From: Haliotis rufescens
Taxonomy: Eukaryota
NCBI RefSeq assembly: GCF_023055435.1
Contig: NW_025964392.1
Location: 434,001 to 498,000, forward strand
Reading direction: 5' to 3'
Length of the DNA: 64,000 bases
Part shown: positions 33,925 through 46,613 of the stretch, one piece after another
How positions within the stretch are numbered: position 1 is the stretch's first letter
How the letters are laid out: every line of letters begins with the position of its first letter
Program-made: the position numbers and the translations under genes
Notes under the pieces: model-generated
Database searches by the model: none
Seen by the model: the letters and a program-made list of their open reading frames with translations, nothing else
What the model was told of the DNA's origin: nothing

Positions 33925-36900
33925 GGAAACAAAACTTTAACAAGGCTGATTTACTGGCTGTGTTTTGTTCACAACACCCTGATTTCAACGTCAGAAACAT
34001 CAGAGATATTTTGGAAAACTGACTGACATGGTGTGTGGTTTGCCACATATAAGGACAATACCTTTGTTAAAATGTTAAAAATATGCAAATGGGCTACAAG
34101 TCCACCAGCTTTAATTCTTATGACAGACAAGTCATAACCTGAAGCATTCCTTGGTTGCATGCAACTGTGAAAAACCAGTATGTGTCCCGCTTCTTTTCCA
34201 ATTATGGGAAAGTGCTAAGCGTGGAGTTTGTAATTGAAGACATGGATGGAGTTGCCATGTTCACAGGAGTAAGAAACGTGACAATGGAGAAAGACGAGAG
34301 CGCCAAGAAGATTAAGCCATACATAAAATTTGGAGGGAATTCTTATCACGCTTCTTTCCTGATTATGGGAAAGTTCTGAGTGTTGAATATGAACTGAAGA
34401 CGTGGAGGGAGTTCCCATGGTCACTGGAGTGCGAAATGTAACCATGGAAATTGATGAAAACTCAAAAGAAATCATGCCCTACTTTGTCAAATTGGGAGGG
34501 AAGGCAATGAGTGAGTGAGTATGCTCCATAGGGAGTCACTTTGCCTTAAATGTTATCGGAAAGGTCACACAAGGGCACAATAGAATAGAATGAGAGAACT
34601 GCAAATGGCTGAGGAAAGGTTGATGGAATTGTGTTTGAAATGTTATAGGAAAGGTCACACAAGGGCACAATGTGCAGGGGTTTGGAATAGGAATAAAGTC
34701 AGAAATGGCTGAGGAAAGGTTAAAGGAAATGAGGGTGAGGGAGGAAAGGGAGAAAAAAGAAAGGGAACAGAAGGAGATGGAGAGCGTGGAGAGAGAAACT
34801 TTGGACGAGAGTGACGATTCATTAGATATTAATTACAGTGAAAATGCTAAGGGGGAGATGGATTATACGGGTGGTGAAAAGGAGGGGAGGGAGTGTGTGG
34901 CACCAGCAGTCCCAGGAGTTCTTTGCTGACATCAGTCAGACTGATTTTCCAAATCTAGAAAGGGGCAGGTCTCAACAAAAAAAAGGAAAGAAGGGGAGGA
35001 AAAATAGTGGGTCACCGGTGAATGGGAAAAGACCAAGGCAATCCAGTCATGTTTCCCAGAGCGTGTCTGAGGCTGCCCGAGCAGCCATCTTGCCAGCCTC
35101 CCAGTCAAGGTCAAGGGAATCCAGCACGGCACGGCTCAATGACACCTGAGTTGGGTCAATCAACAGAGCCAAACGATAACGAACTATGCTACGCCCCCGG
35201 ACTATGAGACTGAATTGCAAATCAAATTTTGCTACTTATTTATAAGGAGTGCTTTTGTGTATACATTGTTTTACATTAGCTGTATTTCTTTTAAAAAAAC
35301 CAAGCAACAACAACAAACATGTTTAATTTTGTAACAATTAATTGTAATGGGCTTATTGAACAGCAAACTAAAAGTAATATATTGTCTAAAAAATTTAATT
35401 CAGGCATTGATTTTCTATTTCTGCAGGAGACTGACATATATAATTTGAATTTAGCAAAATTTTATGAACTAAATTTCAGGGAAATGGGTTTTGGGCCTTT
35501 GGTACCAATGTCAGTAGAGGAGTTGGTATCATTATTAATTCAAGAATTGATTTTAAGGTAGAGTATTTAATTTCGATAAAGAAGGAAGATATGTTGTAAT
35601 AGATGGAAAGATAAATGAAACAAAAATAAGATTAATAAATATTTATGCACCTAATTTCAAGACATATCTTAATATTTAGTAACTAACAAATTAATGGTTT
35701 TAGGGGCTGATTTTAACTGTATTTGTAATTTGAAATTTGATAAAATAGGAGGTAATTAAAAAAAAGCAATCAACAAGGGGCTAATATTATTGACAAGTGG
35801 GTCTCCGTTGCCTGGCGTAGTTCTACTAGTGGTGGGTCCCGGCTTGACTGGTTCTATCTCTCCTCCAACCTCCTATCTGCTGTCGACTCTATGACAATTA
35901 CCCCATGCTGTTTTTCTGATCACGATTACGTAGTGGTAAGTCTTAGAGATTTTGAAGGCATAAATTTTGGGCCATCATATTGGAAGTGTAATAACTCTAT
36001 TTTGGATATAGCTTTTAAAAAATTATTTGCGTCATTTTGTACCAGTAACGTCCCTGCTTTAAAAGAAATAACTCTAGACTGGTGGGACGATTTTAAAATT
36101 AAAATTCAGAATTTTATTAAACTTATACTCAAAATGCGTAATGAATCTCGGTCAGCCCACCGCAAAAAAATAGAATTCCAATATAAAAATTTATGTCATG
36201 CTGAAATCTTGCCGTCCTGGGTTGTATATTGATCAAACTGTAGAAATCAAAAAACAAATTTAAGATTTGGAATTGAACAAATGTATCCGATCTCAGGATA
36301 AGGAGTTAGAATTAGGAGAAAAACCTTCTAGTTATTTTTTCCGTAAGGAAGTAAAGAGAGGACAATTAAAATCAATTAATGCAATTTCGGACTCTTCTTG
36401 AAAAATAGTCAAAACCTCTCAAGATATCATTGTGGTTTTCGTTAAATACTATTCAGAACTTTTGGCAGCCGATCCCATTGATGAAGAAATTAGCAATTTC
36501 TTGATGATTTACCTGTTTCGGACTCACAAGAAGGTGACATTACAAAAGACGAAATTTTAGGCGCCCTTAAGGCAATGGGGACTGATAAGTGACCAGGTCC
36601 AGACGGTCTTACCAAGAAGTTTTATGTGTTTACTTTTGATGTTGTCGGTGCTGTCTTACTTCGTCTTGTCAATCTGTTTTTCGGAAGGCTCTTTGCCTAA
36701 TTCGTCAAACAAATCTTATATTACTCTTCTATGTAAGGATGTCAAAAATGCCACTAATGTACGTAATTGGCACCCAATATCTTTACTAAACGTCGATGTA
36801 AAAATGATTTCCAAATTATTATGCACTCGTTTGGGCAATGTCATAGGTGAAGTGGTCCATCAAGATCAGACTTGTGCTGTTCCCGGAAGGTCTATTCATG

Positions 36901-37335
36901 ATAATTGCCATTTACATCGTAATGTGCTTGATTACGTGGAGGAAAAAAATCTCCCGTGTGCCCTAATTAGTTTAGACCAAGAGAAAGCCTTTGATCGAGT
37001 TTCTCACCAGTTTTTGTTTAAACTTTTACACACTTTTGGCTTCGGTCCAAATTTAAAAAAATGGGTCAAAATTTTATATACGGACATATCCAGCTCAGTC
37101 ATAGTTAATCAGCACATTTCTCTTCCTCTTCCAGAGGGAAACTTTTCGATTTTGGCAGTCCACTGCTGAGCTTATTAGGCGCTCCGTTTTATACAAATCT
37201 GTTTTGAAGGGTGGCCTTGGTGAGATACATATCAAGTCGAAATGACAGTCTTTTCAGTTAAAACATATACAAAAACTTGTTAATGGTTGCTCAGAAACGT
37301 GGACGTTTTTAGCAAAATATTGGTTAGGATTATCC
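33925..37335 (+). mobile_element. Degenerate Tx1-clade LINE (element D)
   Basis: ORF1 remnants (FFSNYGKVLSV...TGVR, CLKCYRKGHTRAQC); ORF2 remnants MFNFVTINCNGL, LQET, FSDH, DQEKAFDRVSH, KGGLG. Confidence 0.85.
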
Positions 37336-38240
37336 TTTCCCCGTGGGGACCTGGGGAAGATGAACAAGAATGTGTCCTCAGCACCCAATTGCTGTCGTAA
37401 AAGGCGACCGATTTGGGCAGCCTGTTTGCTGTGGGCTGCGACCCTGTGTCGGCAGAGGAAGGGATTCTTGTGGTTGAGGGCGACGGAGCCGGCAATAGTG
37501 CTCCTTAGTCCAACACACCACTTCGACCCTAACTTTGCCTAGACGGGTGGTAGGGTGGGCCCGGTCCTATCAATCGGCTGGTCATGTCATGCCCTGTGCA
37601 TACACTTTATTTGCACAAACATTTGGTATTAATGAAATATATTATATTCTAAATGTTTCTACTGTATCTATCAATGTATAAAACCTGCTTAGAGCCCTAT
37701 GCCCAGAAGGCGGTGGCTCATGGGCCAATCTGGTGATGCTTAGCTCCGAATTCTGTACGTCTCCAATTGATGGTCATGGGCAGAACCAGCCTGTCCTGTA
37801 ATTTGGTAGATAGTTCCAGCTTTTCGTGTCTAATTTGCTGGAGTATACCACCCCTTTATCCCCGGTCTTTGCACCCGGGGGATCCGCTGCAGCATAATTT
37901 ACTGTACTTGTTGACACTCCATGGTGGGTGGGGAAAAGGGGTACCGAATCTTTTTCCTTTTGACATGGCTTCCCAACACCCTAGTTCAAAACGAAGATAC
38001 AAAGAATCTGACAATTCACCTGAAGAAAATACCCCCAACTGATCTGACCATGTTTTTCGAAGCTTGTGACAAAGAACCCATCAAACTGAATCCGTTTGCA
38101 ATCTCAAAAGGTATCGCTGGTATCTGAAGAGAGGTTACACATGTCACCAAGCTTTGATCCGGTTCTCTCCTTGTGGAATGTGCACAGAGACAGCAATCCA
38201 TCAACCTTCTGAAATTGAAAGAGTTTGTTATTATCAAATC
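37336..38240 (+). mobile_element. Nimb-like LINE 5' UTR and ORF1 start, degenerate, lacking the ribozyme
   Basis: Colinear with the reverse complement of ~32900-33770; KLNPFAISKGIAG. Confidence 0.82.
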
Positions 38241-39088
38241 ATTGATGTGTGCAGAGACACAATGACCCTCCCAGATAAAATGATAATCCGTACGGGAGTA
38301 CGCACTGTTCCTATCAGTCTAAATAAAGGGTTATTGATGAGGTGCCACACATTGTAAGGCTAGGGGATGGCATGACCATGCTGCTGCCCCTATGTGCTTG
38401 CGCTGTGGGTTCAAAGGTCACATGAGGAATTCATGCATGGCACACCCAAGTGAATTCTTTAATAAAATACTTCAGTAATACGGGATGCAAAACAAAGCAG
38501 GTGTTGACAAGAGGTCAGAACAGGAGAATAGGGAGGAGTGATTGAATGTGTGAGTTGGGTTTAACGCCGCTTTTAACAGTATTACAGTTATATCGCGGTG
38601 TGTCAGCTTAATGTGGGAGGAAAGCCCGAAGTGATGCAGGTCTAAGACGTTTACCACTTCGGTGAAACCCACGAGCACGGGTATGGTGCTGACAAACCTA
38701 GAAACGTAATCGGTGTGAACCGGGATTCGAACCCACAATCATAGGTTTCTGGCGTGCCCAAGGAACGCAACTCTGCACAGCGAATCGCGGCGCCGTAGAC
38801 GACTGGGCCACACGTTCCCCAGAGAAGAGGGATGACATGTGGCATGATGACAATGAGCCAACAGTGAATGAGGAGGTGATGAATGAGGATGAGGGGGACA
38901 AAGAAAATAAGGTTACTAATGTAAGCGTTCCTGGGGATGTATTTAATCCTGTTCCTAGCACTTCAAGTTTACCTGATTCTCCGGATATTAACAAAGTGGT
39001 TTCAGGGATGAGTAAGGAAGATTCCCAAAATGTGCTTGTAATCCATACTATTGTGGACACCAGCGATGACTCCAGTATCAGAACCATC
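38240..39088 (+). mobile_element. Degenerate Tx1-clade ORF1 fragment (element E), interrupted by a SINE
   Basis: TGVR, DEVPHIVRLGDGMTMLL and the PMCLRCGFKGHMRNSC knuckle align with ORF1 at 48458-49330; acidic tail. Confidence 0.7.
38537..38820 (-). mobile_element. SINE family 1
   Basis: Reverse-complement match to 323-610. Confidence 0.88.
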
Positions 39089-39130
39089 ATCGCTTCTTGG
39101 CCTTTTGGCTAAGATCAAAGTGTAGTATCT
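39089..39130 (+). ncRNA. U2: U2 snRNA 5' fragment (first ~42 nt), non-functional
   Basis: ATCGCTTCTTGGCCTTTTGGCTAAGATCAAAGTGTAGTATCT matches the conserved U2 5' end, including the branch-point recognition sequence GTAGTA. Confidence 0.95.
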
Positions 39131-39768
39131 TGACCGAATTCTCAGGGGATGACGGTGGACTTTTGTGTTGACTCTTGGATTCGTGGATTTGCGGAGGTGA
39201 TTTTATTGTGTGCTCACTTTTTGCAGGTCTTCCAGCTGGTACTGTCACTTTTTAAGTCAGATTAGATTTGACGACAAAACCCCACTGGGACAGGGCTGGC
39301 AGTGATGCGGAGAGTGTGGCGAGTGAGAAGAAACATTTGGAGATTGAAAAAGAGTACCAGAGACAGGAGGGGAGAGAGAACGACATGAGAGAGAGAAAGA
39401 GGTTACCCTCGGGGTAAGGGGATGTCCGGTTACCCTCGGGGTAAGGGGACGTCACGGAAAAGTAGGGGCCTGGTCCAGGGACTCTGGAGATAGGAAGAAA
39501 CGGCGTTCATATTCCTCGCAGACAGTGTCCCCGGAGTCGGAAAGGTGTCCACCAGTGTGAGAGGTGTTGCCCCCATTGATCCCGGCATTGATCACCATCA
39601 CTCTTTTTATGTATAATTTCGTTTCATCACAACCAGGATATGAGCTTTTCCTGGAAGGTGACTATTTATTGTGTGTTTTTCCCCCTCAGGTCTACGGGTG
39701 GGTACAGGTACCTTGAGTACCCGAGGACCTCTAGTGGTCACCCGGCCCTCACATTTCCAGTATGGCAG

Positions 39769-40063
39769 GGGGGCACGGGTGGCCCAGTCGTCTAAGGCGC
39801 CGCGATTCGCTGTGCAGAGTTGCGCCCCTTTGGTACGCTAGAAACCTATGATTGTGGTGGGTTCGAATCCCGGTTCGCCCAAATTATGTTTCTAGGTTTT
39901 TCAGCACCATACCCGTGCTCGTGGGTTTCACCGAAGTGGTAAGACCTGCATCACATCGGGCTTTCCTCTCACATTAAGCTGACACGCCGTGATATAACTG
40001 GAATACTGTTGAAAGCGGCGTTAAACCCAACTCACTCACTCACTCACTCACTCACTCACTCAC
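39769..40063 (+). mobile_element. SINE family 1 inserted at the ORF1 start codon of element A
   Basis: TSD GTATGGCAG (39760-39768 / 40064-40072); long (CACT)n tail. Confidence 0.92.
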
Positions 40064-40789
40064 GTATGGCAGAGACAGCAGCTACTTCAACTGGCGCTGT
40101 CCCAGAAGAATTTTTTGACAATGAGGTCATTGAGAAGACATTGAAGATCACAACACGGTTGAGAGGACTGACTAAAGACCAAGTGTTTTAGGTTCTTTTA
40201 ACCCCAATCAGCTAAAGACAGCATCTGGAAGTAAAAAAATGGGAATGAATACTTTGTAACCTTCAAAGAAAGGAAATATCCGCATTTGTTTTGCAGTGAA
40301 AAGAGTGTGAGGTGTAATGGTGAACTGTATTCTTTCTCGCCTTATGACAGGCAGATAGTAGAACTAAAAATACATTGGCTGCATGGCACCATTGCCGACC
40401 AGTACCTCGTTCATTTCTTTTCCAAATATGGAAAGGTGCTGGGAGTCAGAAGACACCACGAATTCCTAGAAACGGAAAAAATTGAAACAGGTGTTCGATA
40501 TGTTGATCTTCAACTCCACAGTTATGATATGGAAGTCCCCTACATCGTTAAAACGTGGAACAGAACGCTTATTTCAACGGCTGGCAGGCTCTCAATCTGC
40601 TTCAGCTGCAATCGTATTGGACATTTGAGGAGTAGCTGTCCTGATAGGCAACCACAATCTAGGTTTGTAGACCTGGCACCATCTTATGCGAATGCCACTA
40701 GAAACACTTGCAACATCATGATAAGCCATCAATTTCAAGCATTAGTTATGGTGAAGGGCATTTCATTGGTTCCCTTTAGAAAGATGCAT

Positions 40790-40826
<37 letters not shown>

Positions 40827-40834
40827 CGATGATG
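40790..40834. repeat. (GAT)n microsatellite in the acidic region of Tx1 ORF1
   Basis: Seen directly in the sequence. Confidence 0.9.
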
Positions 40835-41096
40835 AAATTGGGTCAGGAGTTGAAAGGAAGGGTGAAGATGATGTGGAAGGGGGAACGGAGGAGGGTGACG
40901 TAGAAAAGGTGGTGTCTCCTGACAAAGAGGTGTCCCGTGACATTGGTGGGTGCAGACGTTCAGTTTTCATAGGATGGTGATGATGCTCTTGCAGGCATGA
41001 GTGAATCCGAGTTACCTCCCCATAACCTTTTAGTAGAGCACTACGCAAAGCCAGAGGTAAATCAAAGGGTAAGGACTCTTCATTGGGGAGCGAGAG

Positions 41097-44000
41097 TGAG
41101 TGAGTGAGTGAGTTAAAGCTTTACATCACATCGGCAATATTTCAGCCATATCGTGACGAGAACATTTATAATACTGACATAGAATAAAACACCTGTCATC
41201 GACGGACAGTAGAACAACTAGCATATCACAGTTTATAAATAAAACTAGTCTAGAACAATTAAAAGAATAACCTATTATTCAACAATACATTATAAAAAAC
41301 GGGCTAGAGATCGCCAGCAACCAAAGTTAGGCCACCTAACTGGGGCCTGTGGGGACTTACAATACTTCTGCTACCTGCATGGCTCCCCAGCAGGATTTAC
41401 ACCATCCCTTCAGCAGCTGGCGATGGTACGCAATTAAGCCATAATTAAAACAAAACAAATATACTACGTTTAAAAACAGTGGTATGAATAAACGTACTTT
41501 CAGGACGTGGTCTTACATATCCTCTCAGGGGGACAATAATTTTACACTACTTCAACCCCCTTTGAGGATACAGCCACTAACCATCTATGTTACTCATTAA
41601 ACACTACCAATATTATAAAAATCAACTATGTACACAATCAAAATTTATCAATAAGTTCTATTTCTTTTAAAAATCCAACAATTAAATGACAACTGATACT
41701 ATTAAAAAGATCCTTTAGAGATGAAGATTTGAAATAGTTATCCCTTGTGATCGCAAAATCAACACAGTCAAGCAGGACATGCTGGACTGTGATTCTTTCA
41801 TCACAAGGGATGCAAAACGGTGGATCCTCACCTTTCAATAGATACTCATGTGTATATCTTGAATGGCCAATACGACATCGTCGGACAATGACCTCTTCAA
41901 ACCTGGACTGACAACCCAAGTAGGTATAACCGATATTTGGTTTTATTGCATGTAATTTATTTATACCCACTTGGGTGTCCCACTTCTTCTGCATTAGATT
42001 TCTGATGTAAGAACGGATAACAGGTTTATAGTCACTGTAGGGAAGAAGAAGTGGTGTCACAGATTTGTTGAGTGCTGCTTTAGCTGCAGCATCAGCCATT
42101 GTGTTGCCTTTTATGCCCACATGACTGGGCAACCAACAAAAGACGATGTCGTATTGGCCAGTTGAAAGATCATTATAAAGTTCTAAAATGTTTAAAATAA
42201 TTGGATGTTTAGAGGAGACTTTTTTCAGTGCCTGAAGGCAAGACAAAGAATCCGAAAAGATGATAAATTGTTTATATGCAGACTGTCGTTGAATGTATTT
42301 TAAGGCTGTAAGAAGAGCATTGGCCTCAGCAGTGAAAATAGAGCTAGTGTCTGGTATTCTAGATGAGATATGTTTTGATCCAACAACAGTGGCACATGCC
42401 ACCTTGCCACCATCCTTGGATCCATCAGTAAAGATTGAACGGTGGGTGTCATATTTATTTCTTAGTTCTACATATTCCTGTTGATATATAAGTTGATTGG
42501 TGTCAGATTTAATAAAACGGGTTAGAGAAACATCTACTTCTGGCCTCACCAGCTGCCAGGGAGGAGAAGACAAGAGACGATATGGTGAGATAATATCAAG
42601 ATCTATATTTGCAGCAATAATATGTGATTTCATCCGAATTCCAAGTGGTGGAATCAGCTTTGTTTTTTTCTGAAACAGCTCTTCATATAGGGGTTGAAAA
42701 ACGGAGTCATAAGCAGGATTAGAGTGTAATTTAGTGATATATTGAAGAGACAATTTAACACGGCGTTGTTTCAAAGGGAGTTCATCAGCCTCGACATAGA
42801 GGCTGTCAACAGGAGAAGTTCTAAAAGCACCAAGACACAGTCTGAGTCCTTGGTGGTGGATTGAATCTAGCTTTTTTAAATTGCTCTCGCAAGCTCCAGC
42901 ATATACAATGGAGCCATAATCTAATTTAGAACGAATCAATGATCTATAAAGGTGAAGGAGGGTTGTCTGATCCCCTCCCCACTTAGAATGCGAGACGACT
43001 TTTAACAGATCTAGGGCCTTCAGGCATTTAGTCTTTAAATATTTGATATGTGGCAAAAACGTCAAATGGTGGTCGAAAATTAATCCCAAAAATTTGGCTT
43101 CTTTAACAACCTTAATTGGAGTGCCATCTAAAGAGAGTTCTGGATCGTTATGGAGTTTATATTTCCGACAGAAATGAATACAATTTGTTTTGGTCTGTGA
43201 AAACTTAAATCCATTCTCAAGACACCATTTAGTAATTTTATTAAGACACAACTGTAACTGTCTTTCAATGGTATGCATATTTTGACCACGACATGAAATA
43301 TTAAAATCATCCACAAACAATGACCCATCTATTGAGTCATTTAATACTTTAGATAAACTATTTATTTTGATGCTAAACAAAGTGACAGACAAAATACTGC
43401 CCTGTGGAACCCCCTGATCCTGATTATAATGATCAGACAGGGTTGATCCAAAACGAACTTGAAATTGTCTGTCAGTTAAAAACTGTGATACAAATTGAGG
43501 CAAGCGGCCTCTTAAACCAAAGTCATGTAAATCTTTTAAAATACCATGCTTCCAAGTGGTATCATAAGCTTTTTCAAGATCGAAAAAGATAGATACAGCA
43601 TGCTGTTTATTTACAAAAGCACTTTTAACAAATGATTCTAAACGAACCAAATGGTCAATTGTACTTCGGTTTTTACGGAAACCACATTGGATGTTACTAA
43701 TCAGATTATTGGTTTCTAAAAACCAAACTAATCGATTATTTACCATGTGTTCCATGGTTTTACAAACACAGCTAGTTAATGAAATAGGTCGATAATTTGA
43801 TGGATCGGTATGATCCCTGCCAGGTTTTGGTATGGGTACAACTATCGCATTTCTCCATGAAGGAGGAAAATGTCCAGTTGTCCATATATGATCAAAAATA
43901 TTCAGTAGCGTTGTAAGACAAGAATCAGGCAAGTGTTTTAAGAGCTGATAATGAATATCATCAGCACCAGTCGCAGTATCATGAGCTTGTGCTAAAGCAG

Positions 44001-44615
44001 TGTGTAGTTCATTTAGTGAAAAAACTTCATTATAATCTTCGCCGTTGTCAGAATTAAAATTAACGTTTTTCTTCTCTTGTTGTTGTTGATACTTCTGAAA
44101 CTTTGGATTATAATTTGACGAAGAAGAATGTTTAGCTAAAGTTTCGCCCAATTTATTAGCAATATCTGATTTTTCCGTCAATAAATTATTGTCATCTTTA
44201 AGATGACGAATGCAAGATTTAGAACCCTTGCCTTTGATTCTTTGGATCATGTTCCATACCTTTGACATAGGCGTGCGTGAATTTATTTTAGAAACATATT
44301 TCTTCCAAGACTGACGTTTATTGTGTTTAAATGTTCGTCGAGCCTTGGCAGAGTTAATTTTCACAGTGTTTAAATTATGTACAGTAGGATGGCGTCGAAA
44401 GTATTTCTCTGCCTTCTTCCTACGCTTCCTAGCTTGTTTGCATTCGTCATTAAACCATGGTTTCCGAATATGTGAGTTCATAGAGGACTTAGGAATAGAT
44501 TCATCAGCTATGTTCTTCAGTATGTCAGAGAATGATTGAATTGGATCAGTGACATCCATGAAAAGGTTTGGTTTCAATTTGTCAATACACATAGTCTGAA
44601 ATAATGGCCAATTAG
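41097..44615 (-). mobile_element. 5'-truncated Nimb-like LINE (second family) with an open RT-RNase H frame (41638-~44615)
   Basis: TSD GGGGAGCGAGAG (41085-41096 / 44616-44627); FVDD, FTDGSK; long 3' UTR and (CACT)n tail. Confidence 0.94.
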
Positions 44616-45049
44616 GGGGAGCGAGAGAGGGCAAGAGGTCGAGTCCCCTTTTCGTAGACACCCATTTTCTCAATCGGGACTAGGGCAAGCCACAGTTATT
44701 TCTGAAAGACACAGAATTTCTCCCAGGGGTGCCCTTAATAAGTTGAGGCCCGAATTACTTAATTCAAAGGTGCCGTCAACCCACCCCAAAATGACGACGC
44801 TATGCCCCCGACTATGAGCAAAGATCAATGGATTCAAACACTCCCTCTTAGGGAGTATTATTTGTGTTTTTTGTTGTTTAAAATGTGTTTTATCTCAATT
44901 GTTTTCTATTACTTTTAGTCACAAACAAACCTCAAATGTTTAATTTTACTTCTATAAATTGTAATGGTTTACTAGATTCTGCAGCCAAAATCAATAATTT
45001 ATCATATAAATTGAAATGCTGGTATTGACTTTCTCTTCCTTCAAGAAAC

Positions 45050-45395
45050 GACCGCCTCCGTGGTCTAGTGGTAGAGCGTCCGCCCGGAGAGCGGTTCGAT
45101 CCCCGGACGCGTCATACTAAAAGACGTTAAAAGATGGTACTTGTTGTTACCCTGTCTGGCGCTCCGCATGAAGGGGCTAAAGCAAGGACTGGTCGGCTAG
45201 GAGTCAGTATACTGTGTCTGAGTGGGGTATTCATGTTAAACTGTGGCATGGTATCTCAGTGGGCTAGTACTATAAATCGGCATCAGTCCGGACTAGTACA
45301 AGCAACCACACACACACACACACGTGCATACACGTCGCTTTATAAGTGCAATAATCTTGGACGCGACGTTAAACCCAATTTCACCTCACCTCACC
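45050..45395 (+). mobile_element. tRNA-derived SINE family 3 (V-domain-like) with (TCACC)n tail
   Basis: A/B boxes, AAAGACGTTAAAAGATGGTACTTG body, (CA)n; TSD TCCTTCAAGAAAC; inserted in the LQET motif of element A ORF2. Confidence 0.85.
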
Positions 45396-46570
45396 TCCTT
45401 CAAGAAACCCATGAAATTTGTAAAGACTTCCTTGTTGATAGACCTAAATTACATTCGGAACGTTCGCCTTTACGAGAAGGTGAAATCACAAAAGTGGAAA
45501 TTCTCAATGCCCTTAAGGCCATGTGTGATAATAAGTCTCCAGGTTCGGACGGGCTTACCGAGGCGTTTTATTTGTATTCTTTTGATGTTCTTGGTGATGT
45601 TCTCTTTGTCTAGGTGCACTTGAAACCACAGACCATCGTTGTGTTTCTTGTCCTTGTGTTATTGTACTGTGGAATATCATTTTTCCTTGGTTACACCAAC
45701 TTTATGAAGTTTGGTCTCAAAAGTGTTATTCTGCAGTAAAGTTGTTTGAGTCTATTGTTACAGACCCTTCAGGTTATCTATCGAAATTTAGTTCTAAACA
45801 ATTTTATAACGCACTTCTTCAAACAGTTGTTGAAAATAAAGTGGAGAGACTATATCCACAATTGAATTTTGGACTTGTTTTGCCTAACCTTCAACACTCC
45901 GTGTGTTAATGTACTGTGGGATACCTTTTTTCCATGGTTGCATCAACTTTCTTCAGGGCTAATAAAAAAATCACATGAAATTATAAAGTTTGGTCTCGCA
46001 CCAAACATCCCAAATTCATATAAAATTTGCTGTTTGTGTATATTTGGTGTCTTTGGCAAAATACAGTATTTGGTAGATTCGGAACATTAATAAATATGAA
46101 CACAAACAGTTAAAAGGGAATGATATTGTGTTGCGTTTTTTGTCACTTCTAAAAGTACGTATTCGGGTCGACTTCTTTCGTCTATCCAGTTCTACATTTG
46201 CCAACTACTGGCTTTCCTCTTCAATTTTCTGTAAAGTCAATGCGGGTGTTTTAACCTTCTTGTTCTAATAACACTGTATTATTATCAATTATTGATTTAT
46301 CAATTATTGTATTATCATGTTACCATTAATAATTATTAAAATAATTAAAGCATATTATGTCCATGTTTAGTTTATGACCCAATGATTGACCCACATTATT
46401 ATAATTTTAGTTCTCAGTTTAGGCATATACATTACATAATATACAAATTCTCTGTTCATCCAAATTAGACCCCCATCTGATGACCCCATTTGCCCTATAT
46501 TTAAATGCTTGTATATATGAATATGTAATGTTGTGTATATATATGTTAACATATAATAGTTTTATTTTAG

Positions 46571-46613
<43 letters not shown>

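Noticed and set aside
33969-34160. Possible inverted Tx1 ORF2 fragment (KAGGL...NILTKVLSL)
   Set aside because: Similarity too weak to support without an alignment.
39089-39130. Functional U2 snRNA gene
   Set aside because: Only ~42 nt are present; no Sm site, 3' stem-loops or recognisable promoter.
40790-40834. Poly-Met tract in ORF 40286-40903
   Set aside because: (GAT)n read out of frame after a frameshift; the homologous ORF1 frame is acidic.
41518-41570. SECIS element in the LINE 3' UTR hairpin
   Set aside because: TGA-to-AAA spacing is too short and there is no proper GA quartet geometry.
44616-44673. N-terminus of the 1011-aa ORF
   Set aside because: Lies beyond the TSD in host Tx1 sequence; the LINE is 5'-truncated, so this start is fortuitous.
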